Below, in pieces: positions 29,427 through 39,609 of a DNA stretch of 64,000 bases. Numbering within the stretch: the first letter of the stretch is position 1; each line of letters begins with the position of its first letter. A model generated the notes under the pieces. It was not told where the DNA came from and searched no databases. It saw nothing but the letters and a program-made list of their open reading frames with translations. The DNA is from Thermoanaerobaculia bacterium (GTDB taxonomy: Bacteria; Acidobacteriota; Thermoanaerobaculia; UBA5066): contig CAWFJJ010000029.1 in NCBI GenBank assembly GCA_963816185.1, positions 64,001 to 128,000 of the forward strand. The letters are read 5' to 3'. The translations under genes and the position numbers were made by a program.

Positions 29427-30023
29427 ATGCCCGACCTCGCCGTGACGCGCCGCCTCCGATCCGCCGCTGCGCTTCTCGTGGCCGTCGCCGCCGCCGGGGC
29501 GTCCGCGTGCTCGTCGTCGAAGGACAGCGCCGCGTGGAAAGCGCAGAACGCCTATGGAAGCCAGATGGCACGCAAGGGCTTCTGGCGGGAAGCCCTGTTC
29601 CGTTACCAGAAGGCGGCCGCTCTCCACCCCGACGACGGCGAGATCCAGAACAACCTCGGCGTCGCGTACGAAAGCATCGGGGAGACGTCGCGCGCTCTGG
29701 CCGCTTACAAGAGAGCCCTCGAGCTCGCGCCGCAGGACCAGAAGATCAAACGCAACTACGCGCGTTTCGCCGAGTACTACACCTCGGTCCAGCGCGCCTC
29801 TTCGCTGCCCGCGCCGTCCAGCTCCAGCCCGGCCGCCCGGCCCTCCCCGTCGCCCGCACCCGAAAAGCCCGGCTCGATCGAGCCTCCGCGCGTGCCGCCT
29901 TCCGTCGGCACCGTGCCCGGCGAGTCGCCCGGCAGTCCCGTCCCGCCGCCCGCGCAGAATCCGCCCTCCCCGCCGCCGGCGCCGACGCCTGGTCCCCCCG
30001 CGCCTCCTTCGGGGCCGCGATGA
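29427..30023 (+). CDS. TPR-containing lipoprotein with Pro-rich tail (start uncertain)
   Basis: ASAC lipobox-like, NNLGVAYE TPR consensus. Confidence 0.8.
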   Translation: MPDLAVTRRLRSAAALLVAVAAAGASACSSSKDSAAWKAQNAYGSQMARKGFWREALFRYQKAAALHPDDGEIQNNLGVAYESIGETSRALAAYKRALELAPQDQKIKRNYARFAEYYTSVQRASSLPAPSSSSPAARPSPSPAPEKPGSIEPPRVPPSVGTVPGESPGSPVPPPAQNPPSPPPAPTPGPPAPPSGPR

Positions 30024-30727
30024 GGCGCGCCGCGACCGGCCTCACGGCCGCTTCGCTCGCCGCCGCCGTCCTGGCCTCGGCGTGCTCGAGCGGGGCTAGG
30101 GAGGTCAAGCTCAAGCTTCCTCTGCGCCCGAAGCTCGCCGTGACGGGGCGCGAGCGGATTTCCCTCGCGCCTTTTCTCGTCGCCTCGAAGATCTCGGACA
30201 AGAAGGACGCGCCGCGCTACAAGGACCTGGACCTCGACGCCGAGTTCCGGCGGTACCTCGGCAAGCAGCTCGCCAAACGCACGAAGATGACGATCGTGAC
30301 GATGCCGCAGGACGTGCGGCTGCCGACGCAGAATCTCAAGGAGCTCGGCGAGGCCGGGGATTTCTGGCGCGGCGTGGGCGGCCGCACCGGAGCCGACATT
30401 CTCCTGACGGGCGTCGTGGACTTCCGCGTCGAGAACAAGTCGGGCTACCGCAACGAGGAATACCGGAGCCCTATCGACGGCCGGACGTACTACCGCCAGG
30501 TGCTCGTCGAGTCCACGGGCTTCACGTTCGACGTAACGGTCGTCGCGATCGACGGGCACACGGGCTCGAAGCTCTTCCAGGAGAACTTCCGGGACACGAA
30601 GGAGAAGAGCAAGGCGCGCGTGGACGAGCTCGTGGGCCTTTTCGAGAATCTCTTCTCTCTCGAGAACCAGCTCCTGGGGCTCTTCGTCGTGCGTGAGCGG
30701 GAGGCGAACCGTTATGTCTTCGACTAG
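30020..30727 (+). CDS. Hypothetical lipoprotein (possibly CsgG/TolB-N-like fold)
   Basis: LASAC lipobox, GADILLTGVV pattern; ATGA overlap. Confidence 0.7.
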   Translation: MRRAATGLTAASLAAAVLASACSSGAREVKLKLPLRPKLAVTGRERISLAPFLVASKISDKKDAPRYKDLDLDAEFRRYLGKQLAKRTKMTIVTMPQDVRLPTQNLKELGEAGDFWRGVGGRTGADILLTGVVDFRVENKSGYRNEEYRSPIDGRTYYRQVLVESTGFTFDVTVVAIDGHTGSKLFQENFRDTKEKSKARVDELVGLFENLFSLENQLLGLFVVREREANRYVFD

Positions 30728-33596
30728 GCCGAGCTCCCGCATTCCCATGGCCCTTTCCATCGCCCTGCTCGGCGCCGGGGCCCTGCTTCTCGCGCGCGGC
30801 GCTCAGTCCTCCGGGCAGAACAAGATCGTCTACGACCAGTTCGACTGGTCGATCTACCAGTCCACGCACTTCGACGTCTTCCACTACTCGCGTGAGCGCC
30901 ACACGCTCGAGAAGGTCGTCTCGATGGCGGAGTCCGCATACGACGAGCTGTCGCGCCGCCTGAACTACCAGATCCCGAAGCGCATCCCGCTCATCTATTA
31001 CGCCACGCACGCCGAGTTCGAGCAGAACAACATCGAGCTCAACTTCATTCCGGAAGGCGTCGGCGCCTTCGCCGAGCCGGCACGCAACCGCATCGTCCTC
31101 CCCATCGACCTGCCCGACGAGAAGCTCCAGTCTCTGATCCAGCACGAGCTGACGCACGTTTTCCAGTACGAGATCCTGTTCGGCGGGCGGCTCAGCCGCG
31201 CGCTCACCTCGAACGCTCCAACCTGGCTCATCGAAGGAATGGCGTCGTACTACGGCAACGACGAGGACGACAAGGACCGGATGTTCCTGAGGGACGCGGT
31301 CAACCAGGACCTCATCCCGCCGATCACGAAGGTCAATATCGAAGGCTACGCCGCGTACCGGTACGGGCACGCGGTCTTCGACTTCATGGAAGCCGAGTGG
31401 GGCAAGGACGCCGTCCGCGACTTCGTGTTCGAGTACCGATCGTTCCTCGGCCGCGACGTCGCCGTCGCCCTCCGGCGTACGTTCGAGATCCAGCCCGACG
31501 ACTTCGACCTGAAGTTCCGCCGGTACCTCAGGCGGAAATATCTCCCGCTCCTCGCCGTCAAGGGCGAGGCCTCGGAGTACGGCGAGCGGTTCCGCGTCGG
31601 ACCCTACGGGCGCGAGTCCTTCGAGATCGGCGCGGCGCCGTCCCCGTCCGGAGATTTCATCGCGACGCTCACGACCTACCGGGACGAAGTCGACATCGCG
31701 CTTTTGTCCGTCCGCGACCGCAAGCTCTACAAGAACCTCTCGGCCGGCCGCACGACGAAATACGAATACATCGTCGGCCAGTACCTGACCGCGGGCCCCG
31801 AGAGCGGGCGGGACCTCTCTTTCGCGCCGGACGGCGACCGCATCGCCGTCTTCGGCCGCCAGGAGCGCGGCCGCAAGCTCCTCATCTTCTCGGCGCGCGG
31901 CGGCGGCCTTCTCGATCGCATCTCGGTCGCGCCCGACGTGCCGCTCGCGCCGTCCTGGTCGCCCGACGGGAACTCCATCGTCTTCTCGGGGATCGAGGGC
32001 AACAGCCGCGACATCTTTCTCCTCGACCTCAAGTCGAAGGCCGTGCGAAACCTCACGAACGACCCGGAGTACGACGAGGCGCCCGTCTTTTCGCCCGACG
32101 GCAAGTTCGTCTATCACAGCAAGATCGTCAACGGCCTCTCGAAGATCGTCCGTTTCCCGCTCGCCGACGCCTCGAAGGCCGAACAGGTGACGTGGGGCGA
32201 CGGCAACGACGAAGACCCCTCGTTCTCGCCCGACGGCAAGCGGATCTACTACACGTCCTCGCGCGGCGGCATCTACAACATCTACGGGCAGGATCTCGCG
32301 ACCGGCGAGATCCTCCAGTACACCGACGTGATCGGCGCCGCCCTGGGGCCAGCGGCTTTCATCGGCCCGGACGGCCAGGAGAAGATCGTTTTCTCGGGCT
32401 TCCAGGGCCTGCGCTTCCAGCTTTACGCCGCCGACGCGAAGAAGCCTTTCCGGAAGCTGGACGAAAAGGCGCTGCCGCCCGCTCCGCTCAAGACGGGAGG
32501 GACCGCCGCCTTCGTGCCGGCCGTGGAGGTCGCGGTCGATCCCGAGAAGCTCTCGCGCCCGAAATTCAAGATGTTCCTCGACAACGCGCAGGTTCTCGCG
32601 GGAGTCAACTCCGACCAGACTTTCGTGTCGCAGATCCTCCTGTCCTTCTCGGATTACCTCGGCGACCGGCGCGCGTTTTTCCAGTTTGACTCGGTCTCCA
32701 CGTTCTCGAACTTCCGTGTCGGCTACTTCAACATCGCCAAGCGCTTTCAGTGGGGCGCCCAGGTCTACGACGACCGCGAGTACTTCTACGGGTACGACTA
32801 CCAGACCGGCGATTTCACGCGAGACCAGCGCATCGCGCGAAACACGGGCGTCTCGGTGGACGGCTACTACCCGATCTCGCGTTACACGCGCATCGAAGGA
32901 AACGTCGGGTTCGTGAGCCGCGCCCTCGACGTCCCGTACAGCGTCTTCAATCTCGATGGGACGCAGCAGATCAACTACAACCCGCGCACGGACAACGTGC
33001 CGACCGCGGGGATCGGGTTTTCGTACGACACGACCCGTTACGCCAGCTTCGGGCCGCAGGCCGGCAAGCGGCTCGACGTCAATCTGCAATACACGCCTTC
33101 GTTCAAGACGGGCGAGACGAGCCTCACGACCGACGCCTTCCTCGACGGCCGGATCTATCTGCCGCTGTCGCGGCGGGTCCTCTTCGCGTTCCGCGGCTTC
33201 GGCGGCATCGCGCGGGGCGCGGCGCCCACGGTCTACTATTTCGGCGGCCTCGACACGCTGCGCGGCTACGACTTCCGGAGCATCATCGGCAACAACGTCT
33301 TCTATGTGAACTCGGAGTTCCGCTTCCCCCTCGTGGACGTCCTCGCGACGCCGATCCTGCAGTTCGGAGGGATCCGCGGCCACATCTTCGTGGACATCGG
33401 CGGCGCCTGGCTCAACGACCAGTCGTTTCAGTTCTGGCAGGCCGGACGGCTGAAGGACGGGCACGCGTCCTACGGCGCCGGCTTCAGCATCTATTTCCTC
33501 GGCCTCCCGTGGAACGTGGACTTCTCGAAGCAGTGGGATTTCCGAACGGCCCTGTCGGGCACGCAGGCCACGTTCTACGTCGGGACGACTTTCTGA
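30714..33596 (+). CDS. Outer-membrane protein: zinc peptidase-like domain, PD40/TolB-like propeller and Omp85/BamA-type barrel
   Basis: HELTH (HExxH) followed by WLIEGMA; repeated PSWSPDG/FSPDGK; LRGY barrel motif and C-terminal Phe. Confidence 0.85.
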   Translation: MSSTRPSSRIPMALSIALLGAGALLLARGAQSSGQNKIVYDQFDWSIYQSTHFDVFHYSRERHTLEKVVSMAESAYDELSRRLNYQIPKRIPLIYYATHAEFEQNNIELNFIPEGVGAFAEPARNRIVLPIDLPDEKLQSLIQHELTHVFQYEILFGGRLSRALTSNAPTWLIEGMASYYGNDEDDKDRMFLRDAVNQDLIPPITKVNIEGYAAYRYGHAVFDFMEAEWGKDAVRDFVFEYRSFLGRDVAVALRRTFEIQPDDFDLKFRRYLRRKYLPLLAVKGEASEYGERFRVGPYGRESFEIGAAPSPSGDFIATLTTYRDEVDIALLSVRDRKLYKNLSAGRTTKYEYIVGQYLTAGPESGRDLSFAPDGDRIAVFGRQERGRKLLIFSARGGGLLDRISVAPDVPLAPSWSPDGNSIVFSGIEGNSRDIFLLDLKSKAVRNLTNDPEYDEAPVFSPDGKFVYHSKIVNGLSKIVRFPLADASKAEQVTWGDGNDEDPSFSPDGKRIYYTSSRGGIYNIYGQDLATGEILQYTDVIGAALGPAAFIGPDGQEKIVFSGFQGLRFQLYAADAKKPFRKLDEKALPPAPLKTGGTAAFVPAVEVAVDPEKLSRPKFKMFLDNAQVLAGVNSDQTFVSQILLSFSDYLGDRRAFFQFDSVSTFSNFRVGYFNIAKRFQWGAQVYDDREYFYGYDYQTGDFTRDQRIARNTGVSVDGYYPISRYTRIEGNVGFVSRALDVPYSVFNLDGTQQINYNPRTDNVPTAGIGFSYDTTRYASFGPQAGKRLDVNLQYTPSFKTGETSLTTDAFLDGRIYLPLSRRVLFAFRGFGGIARGAAPTVYYFGGLDTLRGYDFRSIIGNNVFYVNSEFRFPLVDVLATPILQFGGIRGHIFVDIGGAWLNDQSFQFWQAGRLKDGHASYGAGFSIYFLGLPWNVDFSKQWDFRTALSGTQATFYVGTTF

Positions 33597-33654
33597 CGGG
33601 AAGTTCCTCGCCGGCAGACCGGCCCTTCTCGGGCGGTGTGCATAATCTGCGGCC

Positions 33655-34416
33655 GTGCGCGTTCGCGTCCTCGGAGCCCACGGCGGCTCCTCGCCTTTCC
33701 ATCGCCAGACGTCGTTTCTGGTAAACGGCACCGTCTGCGTGGACGCGGGCTCTCTCACCGACGCGCTCACGCTCGACGAGCAGGCGTGCGTCCGCGCCGT
33801 CCTCGTGACGCACGCCCACATGGACCATGTCGCATCCCTTCCCTTCCTGGTCGAGAACGTCTTCGGGCGGAACGGTTCGCCCCTCGAGATCGTGGCCCCC
33901 GAGGAGGTCCTCGCGGCCCTGAGGGCGCACCTCTTCAATGACGCCCTCTGGCCGGACTTCTCGCGCCTGCCGAATGACGTCCTTCCCACCGTCACGTTTC
34001 GCGCGATCCCGACCGGGACCCCGTGCGAGGTCGCGGGCATCGTGGTAACGGCGGTTCCCGTGTCACACGTCGTGCCGACCTGCGGCTACATCCTCGAGGA
34101 CGAAGGCGCGTGCGTCGTCTTCTCGGGCGACACGGGCCCCACGGAAGCGCTGTGGAAGGCGGCGCGAGCGCGCCGGGACGTAAAGGGGTTCTTCGTCGAG
34201 TGCTCGTTCCCGAACGCGCTCCAGAATCTCGCAGACCTCTCGAAGCACCTCACGCCCGCGACGCTGCGCGCGGAGATGGAGAAGCTGCCGTCCGGCGCTC
34301 CCATCTACCTCTACCACATGAAACCGCCGACGCTCGAGCGCCTCCGCGCCGAAGTCGCTGCGCTCGGGAACGGGCGCGTCTCTCTTCTCGCCGACGGCGA
34401 CGAGCTGACGTTCTAG
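33655..34416 (+). CDS. MBL-fold 3',5'-cyclic nucleotide phosphodiesterase (class II-like)
   Basis: VLGAHGG, THAHMDH, FSGDTGP, ECSFPN, HLTP, YHMKP. Confidence 0.88.
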   Translation: MRVRVLGAHGGSSPFHRQTSFLVNGTVCVDAGSLTDALTLDEQACVRAVLVTHAHMDHVASLPFLVENVFGRNGSPLEIVAPEEVLAALRAHLFNDALWPDFSRLPNDVLPTVTFRAIPTGTPCEVAGIVVTAVPVSHVVPTCGYILEDEGACVVFSGDTGPTEALWKAARARRDVKGFFVECSFPNALQNLADLSKHLTPATLRAEMEKLPSGAPIYLYHMKPPTLERLRAEVAALGNGRVSLLADGDELTF

Positions 34417-34440
34417 CCGTCCGGAGAGCTCGAAGAGCTC

Positions 34441-34963
34441 CGACTCAAGGTGGAAGAAGAGTGTCTTACGAAAGACCTCCGTAGGGAACTTCCGGCGGAA
34501 GAAGACGGCGTAACGGTCTACTTCGATCGTGATCCGCGACACAGTCCCCGCATACTCTCAATTCGGGTCTTGCGGCCGACGACGAGAAAAATAGTGAAGC
34601 GTCGCGTACGATCCGACGACGAGCCTCTTCAAGCAGAACCAGTCTCTAGTGAAAGACGAGAAGCGTTGAGAGGATCGCGGGCTCTTCGCGCGTCTCATAG
34701 AATAGAGAGACGAACTAGAGATAGAGCGAGAAGAGCTTCTAGAGAGCGACGCGATTAGAAGCAAGGAGCGAGTACTCGAGCCGACTCTAAGAGTCGAGGA
34801 TCGTCATGAATATAGAGCTAAACAATAGAGCACGCGATCGTCGAGAACGCGTAGCGCGAAAGGCTATATTGCTCCCTCTAGCTTCGTACTTATGAAGACG
34901 ACAACGAGAGACTTAATCTGCAAATTTCTACGAATGGAGAAAAAATTTAGACCTTCGTCGAGA
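34441..34963. other. Compositionally anomalous, purine-rich non-coding segment (probable read/assembly artefact)
   Basis: Lower GC, many TAG/TA words, no credible ORF, lies between two copies of a duplication. Confidence 0.6.
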
Positions 34964-35378
34964 CGAGGTCGCAGGCATCGTGGTAACGGCGGTTCCCGTG
35001 TCACACGTCGTGCCGACCTGCGGCTACATCCTCGAGGACGAAGGCGCGTGCGTCGTCTTCTCGGGCGACACGGGCCCCACGGAAGCGCTGTGGAAGGCGG
35101 CGCGAGCGCGCCGGGACGTAAAGGGGTTCTTCGTCGAGTGCTCGTTCCCGAACGCGCTCCAGAATCTCGCAGACCTCTCGAAGCATCTCACGCCCGCGAC
35201 GCTGCGCGCGGAGATGGAGAAGCTGCCGTCCGGCGCTCCCATCTACCTCTACCACATGAAACCGCCGACGCTCGAGCGCCTCCGCGCCGAAGTCGCTGCG
35301 CTTGGGAACGGGCGCGTCTCTCTTCTCGCCGACGGCGACGAGCTGACGTTCTAGCCGTCCGGAGAGCTCGAAGAGCTC
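34964..35378 (+). repeat. 415-bp direct duplication of 34026-34440 (3' half of the phosphodiesterase gene plus hairpin)
   Basis: Identical except three substitutions; offset 938 nt. Confidence 0.95.
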
Positions 35379-35407
35379 GAGGGCGGCTCGTTTCGAGGAG
35401 CCCCTGA

Positions 35408-36193
35408 TCAGGAGCCGCGATGAAGGAGAGAGGCGAGGCCACGCTGGCCGGTCTCGGAGAACCAGGAGTCGACGAAGGCCTTTCGCCCCTCGGGGAGCAC
35501 GTTCTGCGCCCTCTCGTAGGCCGCTCCCCTGAGGTCGCGCTTGATGGCCGTGTATACGTCGCTCGAGGCGCCGCCGAGCTGCTCGGCGAACTTCACCGCC
35601 TCCTCGAGGAGGAGGTCCTGCGGAACGATCCGGTCGATCGCGCCCAGGACGTGCGCCTCGCGGAACGGCATCGTCTCTCCGAGGAGCGCCCAGCGCGTGA
35701 GCGTCTGCTCGCCGACCGTGCTGCGAATCGCTTCCATGCAGTGGCGCGGCAGGTGGACCCCGAGCCGCACCCCCGGCAAGCCGATCGTGCCGGGCCCCTC
35801 GGCCGCGAAACGAAAGTCCGCCGTGGCGGCGAGGAGGGCGCCGCCGGCTACGGCGTGGCCCGTCAGCGCCGCGACGAGCGGCTTGCCGAGCAGGAACAGA
35901 TCGAAGAAAAGCGCGTCGAACACGCGGGCGAACCGGGCAAAGTCTTCCGCGCTGGCCTTCGCGAGCCTCAGGTCAAACCCGCCGCAGAAGATCTTAGGCG
36001 AGCGGGACGTCAGGACGACGCCGCGGACGGCCGGATCCTCCTGCGCCCCCAGGGCGGCCTCCTGCAGGGCGACGGCGAACTCGGTCGAAATGGCGTTCGC
36101 CTTGCCCCGGCCCATCGCGAGGATCCTCACGCCGCCCCGATCCTCCACGAGAAGGTCGTTGGGGGCGTCCAACGTGACGGCGTGCGCGCTCAA
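35408..36193 (-). CDS. Enoyl-CoA hydratase/isomerase family protein
   Basis: ANAI, FCGGFDL, KPLVAALTGHAVAGG. Confidence 0.9.
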   Translation of the reverse strand: MSAHAVTLDAPNDLLVEDRGGVRILAMGRGKANAISTEFAVALQEAALGAQEDPAVRGVVLTSRSPKIFCGGFDLRLAKASAEDFARFARVFDALFFDLFLLGKPLVAALTGHAVAGGALLAATADFRFAAEGPGTIGLPGVRLGVHLPRHCMEAIRSTVGEQTLTRWALLGETMPFREAHVLGAIDRIVPQDLLLEEAVKFAEQLGGASSDVYTAIKRDLRGAAYERAQNVLPEGRKAFVDSWFSETGQRGLASLLHRGS

Positions 36194-36206
36194 GGGGCCA
36201 ATGTTC

Positions 36207-36785
36207 TCACGCGTGAGGCCGGCCGGAGAGGAAGAGGCCGAGGACGCGCCGGTCGTCCGTCAGCTCCGGATGAAACGTGGCGGCCGTGACGTTGCCTTTG
36301 CGCACGAGCACGGGATCTCCGTCGCGCCGGGCGAGGACTTCGACGGACGGATCGATTGCGGAGATCCTCGGAGCGCGGATGAAGACCGCCTCGAGCGGCT
36401 CTTTTCCAAGAGCTCCCGGGTCGACGTCCGTGAGATACACGATGGACGAGTCGAGCTGCCGCCCGTAGGCGTTGCGCACGACCGTCATCGGGAGGAGGCC
36501 GAGCCCCTCCGCGGGAGGTCCTTCCACGTCGCGCGCGAGGAGGATCGCTCCCGCACAGGTCCCGAGGACGGGGTCGCCGCGGCGGGCGACGGTCAGGATC
36601 GCGTCCTCGATACCCGTCCCGTCCATCAGCTTTCGGAACGTGGTCGACTCGCCGCCGGGGAGGACGAGGCCCTCGGATTCCAGGATCTCGTCCGCGTCGC
36701 GGACCTCCCGCGCGGCGACCCCCGCACGCCGGAGCGCGTCGACGTGCGCCTCGAAGTCGCCCTGGAGAGCGAGGACCCCGATCAC
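36207..36785 (-). CDS. pdxT: PLP synthase glutaminase subunit
   Basis: GVLALQG, LPGGEST, GTCAG, RNAYGRQ, FIRAP, FHPE. Confidence 0.96.
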   Translation of the reverse strand: MIGVLALQGDFEAHVDALRRAGVAAREVRDADEILESEGLVLPGGESTTFRKLMDGTGIEDAILTVARRGDPVLGTCAGAILLARDVEGPPAEGLGLLPMTVVRNAYGRQLDSSIVYLTDVDPGALGKEPLEAVFIRAPRISAIDPSVEVLARRDGDPVLVRKGNVTAATFHPELTDDRRVLGLFLSGRPHA

Positions 36786-36788
36786 CGC

Positions 36789-37706
36789 TTACCAGCCGCG
36801 GGTCTGGAGCAGCTCGGCCTCGGTGAGCTTCGCGGCTTCGATGCCTTTCATCCCTTCGCCGAGGTCCTCGGACGCCTTCGCGATCCGCGCCGGGTCCTGG
36901 AAGTGCGTCGTCGCCTCGACGATGGCGCGCGCGCGTTTCGCCGGGTCGGCGGACTTGAAGATCCCCGAGCCCACGAAGACCGCTTCCGCGCCCAGCATCC
37001 GGCAGAGCGCGGCGTCCGCGGGCGTCGCGATGCCGCCGGCGGCGAAGTTCGGGACGGGTAGGCGCCCGTACGCGGCGACCCACGCGACGAGCTCGAAGGG
37101 AGCCCCGAGGTTCTTCGCCGCGGCCATCCACTCGTCCTTCGTGAGGAGCGTGAGTGCCTTGATCTGCCGCGTGACGTCGCGGAGGTGCTTCACCGCGTGG
37201 ACGATGTCGCCCGTGCCGGCCTCGCCCTTCGTCCGGATCATGGCCGCTCCCTCACCGATGCGGCGGAGCGCCTCGCCGAGGTTCCGGCAGCCGCACACGA
37301 ACGGCACCTTGTAGTCGTGTTTGTAGACGTGGTTCTCTTCGTCGGCCGGCGTGAGCACCTCGGATTCGTCGATGAAATCCACCTCGAGGGCCTCGAGGAT
37401 CCGCGCCTCGGCGAGGTGGCCGATGCGGCACTTCGCCATGACGGGAATCGACACGGTCGCTTCGATCTCGCGGATCTTCGCGACAGGAGACATCCGCGCG
37501 ACCCCGCCCTCGCGGCGGATGTCGGCCGGGACCCGCTCGAGCGCCATGACCGCGGCGGCGCCGGCGTCCTCGGCGATCTTCGCCTGCTCGGCATCGACGA
37601 CGTCCATGATGACGCCGCCCTTGAGCATCTCGGCGAGGCCGACTTTCACGCGGAACTCGTCGGACGAAAACGGAGAGGTGAGCTGGAATCCGCTGATGGG
37701 GGTCAT
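36789..37706 (-). CDS. pdxS: PLP synthase lyase subunit
   Basis: [42 protein letters not shown]. Confidence 0.98.
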   Translation of the reverse strand: MTPISGFQLTSPFSSDEFRVKVGLAEMLKGGVIMDVVDAEQAKIAEDAGAAAVMALERVPADIRREGGVARMSPVAKIREIEATVSIPVMAKCRIGHLAEARILEALEVDFIDESEVLTPADEENHVYKHDYKVPFVCGCRNLGEALRRIGEGAAMIRTKGEAGTGDIVHAVKHLRDVTRQIKALTLLTKDEWMAAAKNLGAPFELVAWVAAYGRLPVPNFAAGGIATPADAALCRMLGAEAVFVGSGIFKSADPAKRARAIVEATTHFQDPARIAKASEDLGEGMKGIEAAKLTEAELLQTRGW

Positions 37707-37719
37707 GGCTGGTGCCTCC

Positions 37720-39243
37720 TCAGATCTGAATCAGAGCCGCTTCGGCGGCTTGCGCCGCCTCGCGGACTTCGCGTGCGGGGGTTTTTTGCCGGCGTGCGGC
37801 CTGCCGGGCAAGGTCGCGCGCCGCCGCGCCCGCGATCTCGATGGCCTTCTCGAGGTCGGAGGCGGACCCGCGCGCCACGGAGATCCGGATCGCCGCCACG
37901 TCCGACTGATCGGCCATGAAATCCGCGCCTTGAGAGACCAGGACGCCCTTCTCGCGCGCCGCTCCGGCGAGAGCGCGGCCCGACACGCCGGGGGGAAGCT
38001 CCGCCCAGAGCACGTATCCCCCGGAGGGCCGATCGACGCGCGTCCCGATCGGAAACCGGTTCACGAGCGTGCGATGTGCGAGCGCGAGGCGATGTTTCAG
38101 GCGGCTCCGCATCTTCGCGAGATGCCGGTCGTAGTCGCCCCGGACGAGAAAGAGGTTCAACGCGGCCTGCAGGACCGGCGGGGACGTCAGCTCTCCGACG
38201 CGCTTGAGCGCCGCGAGCCGATGGACGAATTCCTTCGGCCCCGAGATCCACCCGACCCTGACGCCCGGGAAGAGCGCCTTGGAGATCGTGCCGAGGTGGA
38301 CCACGTGCGCCGGCGCGAGCGCCGCGAGCGGCTGCGGCAGCGCGCCTTCGACGAGGAGGTCGGCGTCGAACGCGTCCTCGACGAGAAGGACGCCCTCCGC
38401 CGCCGCGCGCTCGGCGATCTCCGCGCGGCGGGCGGGAGAAAAGAGAAGGCCCGTGGGATTCTGAAAATCCGGACTCGTGTAGGCGAACTTCGGTCTCTCG
38501 AGGAGCGCGCGCTCGAACGCTTTGAGCGCGAGACCGGCCCCGTCCAGCGGCACGCCGACGAGCCGCGCCCGGTGCGCGCGGAAGAGGGAAAGCGCCCCCG
38601 CATACGACGGGATCTCGACGACGACCGGGTCGCCCGGATCGACCAGCGCGCGCGTGATGAGGTCCAGCCCCTGCTGTGCCCCGTTCACGATGAGGAGCGC
38701 ATCCGGGTCGGCCGGGATGCCGCGCTTGGCGAGGCGCTCGGCGAGCGTCTCGCGGAGCGGCCGGTAGCCGAACGGCGAGCCGTACGCGAGGAGTGAGCCG
38801 TCGCGCGCCACGTCGGCGAGAAGCGCCGCGAAGGCCGCCGCCGGGAAGTCCCGCTCGTCCGGCGCGAGGCGCGAAAGGTCGTAGGGTACCGAAACCGGCT
38901 CCGTGGCCGGAGGCTCGGAGAGGATGCGGGTCAGGAGGGACGACGCGATGCGGTCCCATGCGGGCGCCGGGCCGAGCACGGGAAAAGCGCTGGAGCGGCG
39001 CGCGACTCGCGTTCCCCCGCCCTTGTTCGTCTCGATCCAACCCTCGCGCTTGAGGATCTGCAGGGCCTGGTGCACGGTCGCCCGATTCACTTCAAGCGCC
39101 CGCGCCAGGTCGCGCGACGCCGGCAGGCGCTCCCCTTCGAGGTGCCGGCCACGGCGGATGTCGCGGATGATGGCGTCCGCGATCGTCCGGTAGAGCGGCA
39201 CGCGTACGGGCGCGGCGGCGGAGTCGGGCGGGTTCCTCACCAT
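37720..39243 (-). CDS. MocR/GabR family regulator (GntR HTH plus aminotransferase-like domain), probable PdxR
   Basis: LYRTIAD...RLPASRDLA...VNRATV HTH; [19 protein letters not shown]; co-oriented upstream of pdxST. Confidence 0.88.
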   Translation of the reverse strand: MVRNPPDSAAAPVRVPLYRTIADAIIRDIRRGRHLEGERLPASRDLARALEVNRATVHQALQILKREGWIETNKGGGTRVARRSSAFPVLGPAPAWDRIASSLLTRILSEPPATEPVSVPYDLSRLAPDERDFPAAAFAALLADVARDGSLLAYGSPFGYRPLRETLAERLAKRGIPADPDALLIVNGAQQGLDLITRALVDPGDPVVVEIPSYAGALSLFRAHRARLVGVPLDGAGLALKAFERALLERPKFAYTSPDFQNPTGLLFSPARRAEIAERAAAEGVLLVEDAFDADLLVEGALPQPLAALAPAHVVHLGTISKALFPGVRVGWISGPKEFVHRLAALKRVGELTSPPVLQAALNLFLVRGDYDRHLAKMRSRLKHRLALAHRTLVNRFPIGTRVDRPSGGYVLWAELPPGVSGRALAGAAREKGVLVSQGADFMADQSDVAAIRISVARGSASDLEKAIEIAGAAARDLARQAARRQKTPAREVREAAQAAEAALIQI

Positions 39244-39249
39244 GCCGCG

Positions 39250-39304
39250 ATGTTGCCGTTGGCCTAGACCAAGGTCAAACAGAGCACGAGATAGGACCAA
39301 CCAA
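39250..39304 (-). promoter_or_regulatory. Candidate promoter of the MocR-pdxS-pdxT operon with GACCAA/TTGG repeats
   Basis: Minus strand TTGACC-N17-CAACAT 6 nt before ATG; GACCAA at 39267 and 39295, inverted TTGG at 39259. Confidence 0.4.
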
Positions 39305-39327
39305 GTACGAACGGATCCCGACCGCTC

Positions 39328-39609
39328 TCACTCGCCACGGGAGAGGAGAGCGGCATAGGCGCGCTCCATCTCCTCGGCGAAAAGCAGATCCCACTCGCGC
39401 GAGCCCTCGACGACGCGCCGCGTCTTGGCGAGAAGCTTCTTCTCCGTCTCGCGGGAGAGGCGCTCGTTCTCCTTGTCCCACGCGAGGATCGCCTGGAGGA
39501 TGTGGTTCCTCAGGTACTCGCGCTCCGCAGAGAAAGCGACGCCCGGCGTCTTCGAAAGACGCTGGACCATTCGGTGCGAGAGATCCACGGCGCGCTCACG
39601 GGAGATCAA
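39328..39609 (-). CDS. DUF507 family protein
   Basis: ISRE...LSH, VVEGSREWDLLF...E pattern. Confidence 0.75.
   Translation of the reverse strand: MISRERAVDLSHRMVQRLSKTPGVAFSAEREYLRNHILQAILAWDKENERLSRETEKKLLAKTRRVVEGSREWDLLFAEEMERAYAALLSRGE

Noticed and set aside
30522-34040. Very long antisense ORFs (1172 aa here; also 42878-45469, 49474-52200, 39949-42387)
   Set aside because: Shadow ORFs opposite well-supported genes, expected from high GC3 and scarce stops; no recognisable motifs
34450-35407. ORFs in the anomalous segment and a DGR template/variable repeat interpretation
   Set aside because: No reverse transcriptase nearby, differences between copies are not adenine-specific, and the ORFs lack host codon usage
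37734-37790. AGCCGC-TTCG-GCGGCT hairpin near the MocR 3' end as terminator or riboswitch
   Set aside because: Lies within coding sequence, has no adjacent U-tract on the transcribed strand and no second copy
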